The position numbers and the translations under genes were made by a program. DNA of 64,000 nucleotides, from assembly GCA_044892525.1 (NCBI GenBank), contig CM097885.1, forward strand, positions 32,738,001 through 32,802,000. Reading direction: 5' to 3'. The notes under the pieces are model-generated. The model saw only the letters and a list, made by a program, of their open reading frames with translations, made no database searches and was not told the origin of the DNA. The stretch comes from Schmidtea polychroa. Lineage: Eukaryota. This document shows positions 52,835-63,735 of this stretch, one piece after another. Position 1 is the first letter of the stretch; each line of letters starts with the position of its first letter.

Positions 52835-53145
52835 TCATTCGATTATGGTAGAATTAAAAATTAATTCAGCGTCTTTAAAAAGAGTTTGAAAAAAGAAATT
52901 GTCTGCAGTTACGTCATCATTATCGATATTTTCACCCAAGTTGTTTAAAACTTTCAACTGAAGATAGAATAAAGTATCATTCAAATCTATATATTCTATT
53001 TGCGACTCGTTAATGTAAAATTAAATCTAAGGGTACCAGCATCGGTAATTGAATTCATTGGATAAATATTTTCAAATGCACAATGCTCAATTACTGCTTG
53101 ATGAGATGGCCTATCAAAGTGACATAATTCGGATTTAACTACTAC
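52835..53145 (-). pseudogene. Polinton major capsid protein (PY/hexon) N-terminal fragment
   Basis: VVKSELCHFDRPSHQAVIEHCAFENIYPMNSI...EYIDLNDTLFYLQLKV...VTADNFF/QTLFKDAELIFNS fits the KSELxxF...YIDLxxT.LY...N.FxxSLF pattern; frameshifted. Confidence 0.8.
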
Positions 53146-53229
53146 TTAGAGCAGATGTTGAATAACTTCAGGTAATGAATCTTTAATTTCAGATATTACA
53201 TTTGATTTCGTTTTCGAAGGTTTTCGAAT

Positions 53230-53335
53230 TATTATTACATCATTTGCGATTTTCGTCTAAGCATCGGTAGAGCAAACCGACCGTTTGTCTTTGACTGTTT
53301 ATCTACAAAATAAGGTAATTCCCACCAGAATGGCT
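53230..53335 (-). pseudogene. Small Polinton core-like protein remnant between penton and hexon
   Basis: SGG/LPYFVDKQ...GRFALPMLRR.../IANDVI resembles the small basic GG-motif protein usually at this position; frameshifted. Confidence 0.45.
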
Positions 53336-53344
53336 ACTACTATA

Positions 53345-53578
53345 AAAATTTAATGTCAAAATTAATCATTTATTTTACGAAAATTTTCCACTATCGTCAC
53401 GAATATTAATTTCTATATTACTCATATATGAAGACAAAATAGGCAAATACTTGGGATTTTTCTCAATAATTTGAACTGTCATCTTTTCTAGGTTTTTTAC
53501 CCATATACTTTTCCATAAAGGAACCAAAGTATTACCAACAAGAGCTTATTCAATGATATTTGTTTATATCATCATTTT
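53345..53578 (-). pseudogene. Polinton minor capsid protein (PX/penton) C-terminal fragment
   Basis: MI*TNIIE*ALVGNTLVPLWKSI...NPKYLPILSSYMSNIEINIRDDSGK...LILTLNF matches IYxDII...VGxxxxPLL...PxYxP...IEIxIRDxxG...LTLHF. Confidence 0.85.
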
Positions 53579-54699
53579 TAGATTATGCTGCCTTATTTCT
53601 GGTTCACGTACTCCCACAATAATTTTATCGGTATACACTTCTTCTGTATACGGTTCCAAAACTATGAGCCACCCGTTCACTAAATTGAACTTTAGTGACA
53701 TCAACCTCCAATACAATTTTAACTATATATCCTTTTAGAATTTCACAAGATTTAAATCGACGAGAATAAAAGGTTAATTTATTTGAGAAAAATTTGTAAT
53801 AATTGGTGGGTTACTGGTGGTTGATTAATTACGATTTTATGCTGTTACCAACGTAACCCAGAATACAACATTGTTTTCCACTTGGTACCCGTTGAGTAAT
53901 CAACGTTGGTACTGTACCAAGGGATTGAGTACTCGCAAAAAGTGAGCGCATCAAGGCACTATAATTGTCGAGTACTCTATGGGTTCACGGACTACCGTTA
54001 GAAGGTTTGTGTCCGATTTCCTCAGGTCCCTTATCAAAATTGTTTTCCCAACCTTACGCACAAACTCTCATTCCTCAGGCAAACATATAATAAAATATAT
54101 CGTGTATTATTTAATACTACCATAATATACAAAACACACTACAAAAATATACAAAACAAAATAAAGGTTCAAATCAGCTTGTTGGTAGGGCTGGTTTGTA
54201 ATGTGGTTCTAATTTAGAAAATTTTCATCTAAGTCATTTGGTATTAATAAAAATGAAGTAGTTATGATTGATATGCCTTTGCCTACTTTAATTGAATTTA
54301 TAAAGAAGTTGTATGTTTGAATTTTCGTTCGGGATTTCCGGGTCAGATTGCATAGTTGCTCATAAACCCTCACCCATATCCTCCGGTGACTTGAATCATG
54401 GTAATATTTTCCTAGGAGGGGGGGTGTTACTAAAAATCACTTTCAAAAAGTTTTGATCCTTCTGATTGGATCAGGGGGTTAACTCTAATTTTAACTTTTT
54501 AGAGAAATCTCTAAATCGATATTGGATTTATTTTTGTAATTAATAATTACTGATGAATAATAACAATATATAATTAGTATTTATAGGTTTAATAATATAT
54601 TCCTCAATGACTGAAGATATATATACAATATCTATAACTAAATTACATGCACTAAGTACAATATTGATAATAATAATTAAGCTATACATAACCAATAAT

Positions 54700-54838
<139 letters not shown>

Positions 54839-57294
54839 GAGCAATACTGCTAATAATGATGATAATGATTAATTGTAAATCTTTATAATTTACTTTTATA
54901 CCTGTTTGAAAATTATATAAGTATTTATAGTTAATATTTAGGGGTATGTCATATACAACTAAATATAATTTATAATTTTATGTTTTACAATTTATACTTT
55001 TATATTTTATACTTTATAATTTTATATTTTATAATTTATGATTCTATATTCTACAATTTATAATTTTATATTTTATAAAATATAATTTTATATTTTATGA
55101 TTTATAATTTTATAGTCGACTTGATATACCTCTTTATAGTTTCCCTTTTATGATCAATACTGTTTTCCAGATTACTTACAGATTTCTTGGTACTATTTGT
55201 GAGTTATAATTTCAGAGTTATAGTGCATCTATAGTCTATATATAACTAGTTCTAAGTTGACTGACTTTTTGTACTAAAATTTATTTACTACCATTACTGA
55301 TCTATAATTTATAATCCGAATTTCTCCATTACTAATTTATATTTTTAGGATCAATATAATTTGTACCTACAATACCATAATGGTTTATAACTTGTAGCCT
55401 TATAATTAACAAAAAAAAATATTACAACTAAGTGCTTATATATTTATAAATATTTTAAGCGGGAATCCGTAATTTAATCTTTTGGATTTAGAATATCTAC
55501 ATTTACATTGAATTAATTCCAAGACCTATCTAGATTAAGTTATACTTATACGTATGCCGAATATCTTTCTCATTTCCATTACTTTATCATAAACTCCTAT
55601 TACAAAAATCTAATTCGGCATATGTCTAAGCATAACTGAAATTACTATTACTGATCAACCAGCTACATTAATGTGATTGCAGAATTGTGTAAGTTTAGGT
55701 ATGAGTTCTACTCAAATTATGACCTTAGTGTAGAGTTGTTGTCCATGATTTTTAATGTTGATTTTTATTGCATAATACGTAAAAGGTCGGGAAGAATTAT
55801 TGCTTTCGTAGCCCCACTGGGACCACTAGGACAAACCTTAATGTTGTATAGTAAGTCAACCATTTACGGCTGACCCTTAATAAATACGAAGAGTCAGACG
55901 GAGGGTTTGCTCGACTTAACTCCATGGCAGGACCATGAAGTGGTTCGACCTCCGAAGGACCCAAACAAAAAGAACCATATAATATGATATCAATATAATA
56001 GCGATAATGCATGTCTGCATGCCATCTTATAAAAGTTTAACTAAATTGGATGCAGGACTGAACAGCGACGCAGGAATACCAGTACGCCGCGGATCACTCG
56101 TACATCACTCGAAAATTTTCAAAAAACAAAATGCAAAACCACTTTAATTTTAACATAAATAAATCATTGATAGATATATAATACAAAAACAAATTTAATC
56201 ATTAGTACTCACTATTTACGTTGAAAAAATCTTGATCAAAATTTGGCATAAAGGGATTAAACTGTGACCGAAACGTGTCGGTATATATACCTATTTTTGT
56301 GTGTGCAAGTACACGTATATGTGTTGATGCATTAAAACATACTCGAATTCTTTTTATTCTAGAATTTTCTATTTTGCGATTTTGATATTTTTAATGGCAA
56401 TTTTTGTGCCATAATTTTTGTTTTTATTTTTAAATTATTTTTCGTTAATTTTACGTCCATGATGGATTTGGAACGGTTCCAGAACATTCCATGTTAATTT
56501 TAATTTTATTTTAACTGATGTTTCATGAATTTCTTTTTAAGATTTTTTATTTTTATTACTAACTTATTTATTTTATTATTCTAGATGGCTTTTGTGATGG
56601 TCATCGCCATTTTTATGGAATGTTCCGGGTTTTTCTGGAATTTTTTACTGTTTTTACCGTCTTTTAAGTTATTCGAGTCTGTTTTTGTAACTCTATGTTT
56701 ATTTGGTTATTTTTGAGTTCGATTTTGCATAACTTCTTGCTTTTGGTATAATTTTATTTAATTTCTGTGTTTATTTTTTGTTATTTTCTCCTTTAATTAC
56801 CATTGTTTATTCGGTGTATTTTTAATATTTAACTATACTTTTTGCTTTTTGCATGTTATGTACCTACACCTTTCAGTCACAATTAGAAGTTTGGGTCTAG
56901 AAATCAGTTCTAGCCCAACATAAAACACTCGGGGGCCCATAAAATTGCGACCCGCAATTTAAATCAGAAGATGAATAAGATTATTTTTCAGAATACTTGC
57001 ACTATATTACAAGTGCCTACATGCAAATTGGGTCCACGAGCTACAGGGTCGTGACCTCAATACCCAATACCTCAAAACTGTCTCTACTATTACACTACAT
57101 TTTACAGATGGGTTGAAAGATGAAGAAAAAGAACGACCGAGGTCGGTCCACATAAAATTAAATTATCATGCTCAGTTTCAAGAATCAATGTTATTAATCA
57201 TAATCAGTCTCAGTCCTTGAAATCACAATTGTTTGATCAGAATGATTTATTGTTTTATATTGTTACGAAATGTTTATACTGTCGTGTTGTCACA

Positions 57295-58287
57295 TTAATA
57301 GAATTCGGTTGTTCGGGATCTCGTCTCGATGACGGCTCTGGTTTCAATGTTTGGGGAAGATTTGAAGTATCTTGGTTGGTTCGTGGTTTGGACTAGCTGT
57401 TCTTCCATTGGGATACGAATACTTCGTGATTGTTCTTTTAGTTTGAGGGTTTTGTTTCTTTCTTTACTGGAATTGGGTTTGAGTGCAATCAGGCTCAGTA
57501 TGGTGATGTTTACCATTAGGCTTGCCGCTAATAGGATTAATATTGTGAGGGGTTCAGACTCTCTTGGTTCTATTACTTTGGGTTTGTTCATAGTTTCTCT
57601 CAATTGGGTTATATCTGCAATTTCCGATTTTTCGGGTTTGTTGAGTTTGTTTTCTTCCGAGGTGACAACTTTCTTTATTTCCTCTAGGGTTTTAATCATC
57701 TTCTCGGAGTTCATCGGGTTTTTGTTTATGGTAGTTAGGATTTCTCTTGTCATTTCTTTCAAGGTTATCGTTACTTCATTTTTATTGTTGGGTTCTTCTT
57801 TGATGATGGAAGTTATTTTTCCTTTCATTTCCTCTAAAGATTTCACTACCATTTCGCAATTGCTTGAACGTCCATTTGCGGCTGTTATTACTTGTTGTTT
57901 TATTTCCTCTAATGTTTTTACCATCATTCTAATTTGGGTTGCGGCTGGATCTGTTTGGGATTCTCTCTTTGATTTCTGGCTTTGACATTGTTTGGCTAAT
58001 GTCGCTATCTGGATTCTGATAACTTTCATTTCTTGTTCCAAGCTTGTTTTTATTGTCTGAGCCATTTGCACTTCCATCGAATTTTCTGTTGTTTGTGGAC
58101 ATTGCGAACATTGCAACTTGATTTGTTCGCATTCCGCATTGGGGTTTTCGCAGATCGATTTAAAGCTACTACATGTGCTATCTTCTCTTCGATATGGGTA
58201 TTCTTTCTGGCATCTGATCATTGATTCCTCAGCTTGCAGGATTCTTAGCATTATCATTATAATCATCACCACAATTAGGCTTCTCAT
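57295..58287 (-). CDS. Type I membrane protein, TNF-receptor-like (signal peptide, one Cys-rich domain, helical repeats, TM, tail with PMEE)
   Basis: N-terminal hydrophobic MRSLIVVMIIMIMLRILQA; six Cys in CQKEYPY...CSSFKSIC...C...CSQC; four ~24-aa KTLEEIK-type repeats; TM LTILILLAASLMVNITILSLIAL. Confidence 0.7.
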   Translation of the reverse strand: MRSLIVVMIIMIMLRILQAEESMIRCQKEYPYRREDSTCSSFKSICENPNAECEQIKLQCSQCPQTTENSMEVQMAQTIKTSLEQEMKVIRIQIATLAKQCQSQKSKRESQTDPAATQIRMMVKTLEEIKQQVITAANGRSSNCEMVVKSLEEMKGKITSIIKEEPNNKNEVTITLKEMTREILTTINKNPMNSEKMIKTLEEIKKVVTSEENKLNKPEKSEIADITQLRETMNKPKVIEPRESEPLTILILLAASLMVNITILSLIALKPNSSKERNKTLKLKEQSRSIRIPMEEQLVQTTNQPRYFKSSPNIETRAVIETRSRTTEFY

Positions 58288-58363
58288 CTTTACATATACA
58301 TATACGTTAGTAATAATTACTTGGCTTTATTTACAATTTATTTACACGGTTATTTTGTCTCAT

Positions 58364-59131
58364 TTATTGGGAGTCACCGACCTCATCCCTTAATTTTACG
58401 GGAGGTTCGGGTGCTCGCGTTTTACTCAATTCGTTCATTCTTATTACTTCGAGTTGCGTTGCTACCAATTGTTTCTTTAATTCTGGTATTTCTTGTAGTT
58501 GCTTCTCTTTACTTTTCCATTTTCTCTGCTTGATGGTCATTGTCGTCTGCAGTGTTTGCATGCTTCGTCGTTTTTGATTTAAAATTCTCTGGTAATTTTC
58601 CTTCAACTTCCATTGTTTTTCTGTTTCCTCTCTTTGTTCCTTGATCTCTTCCTTGAGTTTTACCTTTCTATTCTCGACTTTTTTACTTTCTCGCATTCTC
58701 GTTTTTGCATAAGCATATTGTGCTTCTAACTGTTCGATATAAACTTGGTCGATATTCACAATCTTTTTCAACTTCCTTGTTTCTGATTTCCAATAGTCTT
58801 CGATTACTGCCTGAGCTCTCAACTCTACTATCTCCTGTCTCAGGTTTTTATTTTCCGTCTCTTTTCGTCTCGATTCATTTGTTTCCCTCAAAATTTCCTG
58901 CTTGACAGTGTTTATAAATCGTCTTGATTGAACAACTTGCTGTCTCAATCTCGTAATCTCTACATTTTGATTTGCAATCTTTGTTTTGAACAAATTCTTG
59001 CTGACTCTCCATTTATTACTATAATATTTCATCGGTTCTTGTTTGGTTGGTATCGTATTCTGGCTTTGTTCAGGTTGGTCGTTTGACCTTCTTTCGTTAC
59101 TCGTGGATTCTCTTTCTTTTAAATAATTCAT
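58364..59131 (-). CDS. Coiled-coil protein (255 aa from ATG 59131)
   Basis: Intact E/K/Q/R-rich ORF; first ATG at 59131, just after an AG acceptor. Confidence 0.75.
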   Translation of the reverse strand: MNYLKERESTSNERRSNDQPEQSQNTIPTKQEPMKYYSNKWRVSKNLFKTKIANQNVEITRLRQQVVQSRRFINTVKQEILRETNESRRKETENKNLRQEIVELRAQAVIEDYWKSETRKLKKIVNIDQVYIEQLEAQYAYAKTRMRESKKVENRKVKLKEEIKEQREETEKQWKLKENYQRILNQKRRSMQTLQTTMTIKQRKWKSKEKQLQEIPELKKQLVATQLEVIRMNELSKTRAPEPPVKLRDEVGDSQ

Positions 59132-59223
59132 ATCTACAAAAATATACACATCATATTTCCTTTCGTCTTCTTTTTATTTTGAATTTTTTTTTATTCTTAT
59201 TTACAGTCAACATCTCTCTTCGA

Positions 59224-60819
59224 CTAAATCCATGTTGCGTTAGTTTGTTCGTCATTTTCTTCGAAGCCTTCATCTGTTGCGACTTTGGCAGGCTGTGGCA
59301 CTTGCAACGGGAACGGGTAGAGCGGCATTAATAATATTGGTGGTTGTCTCCTTAACCGATCTACTTCCTCCCGCAATTCCGTTGAGATGTTTATTTCTTC
59401 ATCCAACAAAAACGTTAATCTACTTTCGTTTTCTATCATTTCGTCCAATTCCTCTTCCAATCGTTGGGTCCTTTCAAGCGTTTTCAACTTCTCGATTTCT
59501 GCTCTCAGATTCGCTTCATTTTCTTCGAAGCATCGTTTTATTATCTCGGTTTCTTGTTTGGCTTGTTGAATTGCCTTATCGCACTCCTCTCTACATTTCG
59601 CGTTAAGCTCAAGCTGATGTTTCCAATTCACATCCCTTTGGGTGTACATACCTTTATGTCCGTTCATCTCTTGATTGGCTTCCTCCACTTCTGTTTGTAA
59701 TTGTCGGATCTGCCGATCTTGGTCGGTCAATTGTTTTTCCCATCTCTTTTCCTGGTATTCATACCTTCTTATCTCTCGAGTCTGTTTCTTTATGACTCTC
59801 CGTCTACCGTCGCTGGTCCGCGTCTTGATTCTATGTTCTCTACTTAATCGGCTAATCTCTTCCCTTTGGTTTTCTATCATTTCCCACATTTTAAATTTGT
59901 CTCTTTCCATCAGTTTCATTGGCAATTGTCTTAACTCCTCTTTGGTCTCTTTCCAATTCTTTTTCCATTTTCGGGCTTGATGCTTGAGACACCTTTCGAT
60001 TTCCTCAAATTTCTGTTGTCGTTTTCTCCACTCTACTTCTTCTTCTCGATGTGTAGCCCTTGTTTCGTAAAATTCTTGGTCTGCTTTTCGTAATCTCAGT
60101 TGTTCCTTGCTACTGATTTTCTAATAAAGCACTTGAGTTTGGCTTCCTAGATATTTATACTTCCATTTCTGAGCTTGTGTTTTTATTTGTTTGTTAATTC
60201 GCTCTAGTACATTATCTTTAACGATTGGTTCTTTATGCTGTGTTTTCCTCCCTTGCCCTCTGACTTCGTTTAGGGTCTTTTTGCATCTTTCCCATTTTTC
60301 TTTCATCATTGAGCATTTGCCCTTTACTTCCTCTAGTTCTGCCTTATAGCCTCGTATTTGATATTCGTGACTATTGTTCTGCCTCGTTTGGAGTGTTTCG
60401 TATTTTCGCTTCCATTGTTGCGCTTGTAGTTTTATTCGTTCCGTTTTACGCTGCTCCTCCTCGTATTGCTCCCTTGCTTCTCTAAGTTGTTCTTTTTGCA
60501 TTATTATCTCTCCACATCACCCAACTATCTCCATGATCCGCTGAGTTCGTAAATTCGAGAGCTCTTCCTCCAATTCTTGGTATGTTGAGGTATTTCTCAC
60601 ATCTTCGGTTAATTCCTCTACCTGTTTCATCCACTTCTCTTTTGTTGCTAGCGCTTCCGCCTTCTCCACTTCTAACTCTTGTTGCTTTTTCTCATACATG
60701 GTTTTGTACATTTTTATTTCTCTCTTTACTCTTTCTGCTTCGTAGGCTTGTATGATGGATTTGTACTGTTCGAGTTGTTGCATCTCGGTTTCCACATAGG
60801 TTTGTGATTCTTTATTCAT
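59224..60819 (-). pseudogene. Long coiled-coil protein (~531 codons) broken by two in-frame stops
   Basis: ORFs 60517-60819, 60121-60501 and 59224-59925 share one frame, open except TGA 60517-60519 and TAG 60121-60123; Pro-rich C-terminus. Confidence 0.8.
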
Positions 60820-60901
60820 TGTCTAAATAATTACACTATTACTACTACTATTATTTCATACATTTATTATCTACACTTTATACACGGAGTTTTAATTTTT
60901 G

Positions 60902-62080
60902 TTATTGATCGGCGTAGCGAAATCCTTTGATTCGCTGCGCAATCCTTTGTCTACACATTGGACATTACTTTACTTTTCTACTACACGTGGCACATGCGAT
61001 CAAATGTCCTCATGGCATATGAATAACTTCTACGCTCATCTCCCAACACATAGTACGTTTGATATCTCGCAAGATAGCTGCTTTGACCATTGATTCTTCT
61101 TTTATTTTTGTTTCTGGTTTTTCTCTATACTGGGTTATCGCTCTGATCATATCGTACGTTGTTGTTGGTATATGTACGTTTTTCTGTAGTCTCTCTCTAA
61201 TCATTTTCTTTGCTCTTGTCGTGCCTATTCCGGCTGATTTTAACGCTCTGCACATGTTAGGCTTGTCTACAACTTCGTCAACCTCTTCTTCTGTTACTAG
61301 TACTTCTGGATACTCGGTTTCTTGTTCGTTGTGATATAGGCACCATGCTTGATGTCTAATTTCTAGTATGCCTTCTTCCGGTAATCTCTGTTGGCTTTCG
61401 CATCTTTCACACTTGAATATTTGCTTTTCTGTTAGATAGAACCCTCTTATTGCTAGTTCAGGTCCTCTCGTATCATCTCCGAACGTTTTCATTCTGTTAT
61501 CTGCTATTTGCGTGAGGAATTCACCTTCACAAGTTGGGACATATTCATCAACGATTCTGGTTATCGCGATTGTCATTTTCCCTCCTTTTTCGTCTTCAGT
61601 TTTCAATCTCTCCAAGGCTTCGTATTTTATTTCCGGTTTGTTGTGTACATCAAATCCCATTACGAATGGACAAGTTGGAAATCGTTTACGATGTTCTTCC
61701 TTTGGGTGTTCTCCTTTTTTCCATTCTGCTAATTTCCCATTACAGAAGCGACATGTTACTTGATCAGGTATCTCTGGTTTTCCGGTGAAGAAAAATCCGT
61801 TGAGTGCCAGCGCTCGGCTCTGTTCCTTGGTGAAAATGGTCTGGTGTTCAAATGACAGGTATCTCTGGTTCTCACATCTGAATTGCTCATTACTCCCCTG
61901 CTTCAAATTTCCATGTACTAAACTATAATCATTTCCCATTCTTCGATAATACGCGAAACCACTTGGTTTTGTTTCGCTGACTTCCGCATCTCTCACTCTT
62001 TCTCTAGATGGCGTATCGTCCTCTCCCTCTCTCATTGTGATCGTTTTCTTTCGGATATTCGGTCTTTCTTGATTAATCAT
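60902..62080 (-). pseudogene. Inhibitor-of-apoptosis protein (BIR, degenerate BIR, C-terminal RING with two stops); 356-aa BIR part still open
   Basis: BIR RYLSF...LALNGFFFTG...DQVTCRFCNGKLAEWKKGEHPKEEHRKRFPTCPFV; past TGA 61010 the frame reads GHLIACATCSRKVK*CPMCRQRI, an IAP-type RING. Confidence 0.92.
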
Positions 62081-62222
62081 CTATAATAAATTTCATCATT
62101 TCTTTTTGCATTTTTTCTTTTTCTAGTTTTTATGGTTTTGGTGAGTTACTTTACTTTATACAATAACTTTATAATTACTTTACATCGTTTTTACAAAATA
62201 TTTACAATTTCCCTCCATCCGC

Positions 62223-63646
62223 CTATCGTATTTCTATTGTTAGTCCTTCCTCCGCTAGTTCGATTAGGAAGAATATAGTGTCCTTGTCTATGTAGGAACC
62301 TTCATTGAACTGATATAGCTGTATAAACTCTCCTGCTCCTACCGCGGTATTAACCTCTGTAGTTGGTTTGTTCCATGCTGGACTTAATGCTCGACAGTAT
62401 GTTATGTGTGTCCGTTCTCTTCCTAAGAGAGATATTTATAATTTATGTCGAAATGGCCAGACTATTAGGTCATCGAAGTCTCCTTTACAGATTTGCATAA
62501 ATAAGGACATGTACCGATCTTTAAAATTTCCCTCGCCATTTGGAAACCATCTCAATTTCATCTTGTATCCATGTTTCTTGACGTAGAATGGTTTGCTCAC
62601 TATCGTTGTCTGGGTTCCTTGCTTTGCTCGCTCCATTATTTCTGCTATCCCTTGAATTTTCCACATGTATGGTAATATTGGTAGTTCCTCTGTTGTCAGT
62701 TCCCTTCCAGCCCATTTGGTTTGTAGTTTAGTTACTTCGACTAGTTTGTCGTCTAACTTCAACATTCTTTGTATTACGGCTTCTCTCGTAGTTTCGAAGC
62801 TTTCCTGTGAACTCAGCATTTCTTTTATCATGATTTTATGTGATTTGAGTTCGTCTTTGACGTCTTCGACTGCCCTTGCCGTTAACTCTATTGCTCTCAT
62901 CATCTTTTGCATGTGCTCTAATGTATTCTCTTCCACATGTTTCTTCATTTCTTCTGCTGGTAATTGTACTTTACAATCGAATGTCACCATTGGGCATTTT
63001 ATCGCTTTTCTCGTTCATATCTCCCAATGCTCTTTTAGTCTGACGTTGTTAATTTCTCCACACTCGTTTGGGCATCCCCTGTGTATTCATCGCAAATCCG
63101 TCTTTCTACTGCGTTTCGATGTTCTATTTCGATCTCTCTCCAATTAGCAGTTTCTCCGCAAAATTCACATTTCTCCGTTCGCACTTCGCATTCTTTTTTA
63201 TGTTTGGTTTTCTCTTTTCGTAAAAGCTTTACCGTACATGCTTCGCATTCCAATTCTAAATATTCGCATACGTCTGTATGGGCTCTTAACTCCTTTACTC
63301 GACCTGTCCATTCGCATGACCTTTGAGGACATCTTATTTTCACTTCTCTGATTTCTCGGTTCATTGCTCTATCCAATATCGTACCAGTGGGAACCAACTT
63401 AAATGCTTCTCCACACCCTGGACAAGTTTCTCGCTTTAGCTTGGCTAATCTTATATCACACTCTCGGCACAATCTACAACCGCATCGAGTTTGACTTGCT
63501 CCAATTAATAATCTTCTACATGCTGTATCGGCACATAATAGTCTTTCTTCGAACTCATCCGGCTTGGCTTGATATTTTCTCATCAACTCATAGTTAATCT
63601 TTTGTTCCTCTGCTTCTCTCCGGTTTTCTTCCGCTTTGTTTTGCAT
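62223..63646 (-). pseudogene. TRAF-family protein (RING, TRAF zinc fingers, coiled coil, MATH), intronless; one frameshift and two stops
   Basis: RING C...QTRCGCRLCREC...CPGC; DRAMNREI...CEWTGRVKELRAH; frameshift at the G run ~63078; MATH YMWKI...SKPFY...GYKMKLRWFPNG...SLFMQICKGDFDDLIVWPF, continuing past TAA 62436 to WNKPTTEVN...YIDKDTIFF. Confidence 0.95.
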
Positions 63647-63735
63647 TCTACAATGATAACTTTTTAATCTTGGAATTCTACTTGGTTATAACTCTATTTA
63701 TTTACAAGATTATTTACATTTTACTCCTTTCTCTC

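Noticed and set aside
56260..56285. Hammerhead ribozyme (CCGAAACGTGTC); also CTGATGA...GAAA near 45951
   Set aside because: First site lacks CUGANGA; second lacks a credible stem II.
57329..63597. Plus-strand ORFs overlapping the cassette (e.g. 57329-57985, 62665-63147)
   Set aside because: Antisense shadows of A-rich coding sequence, with no recognisable motifs.
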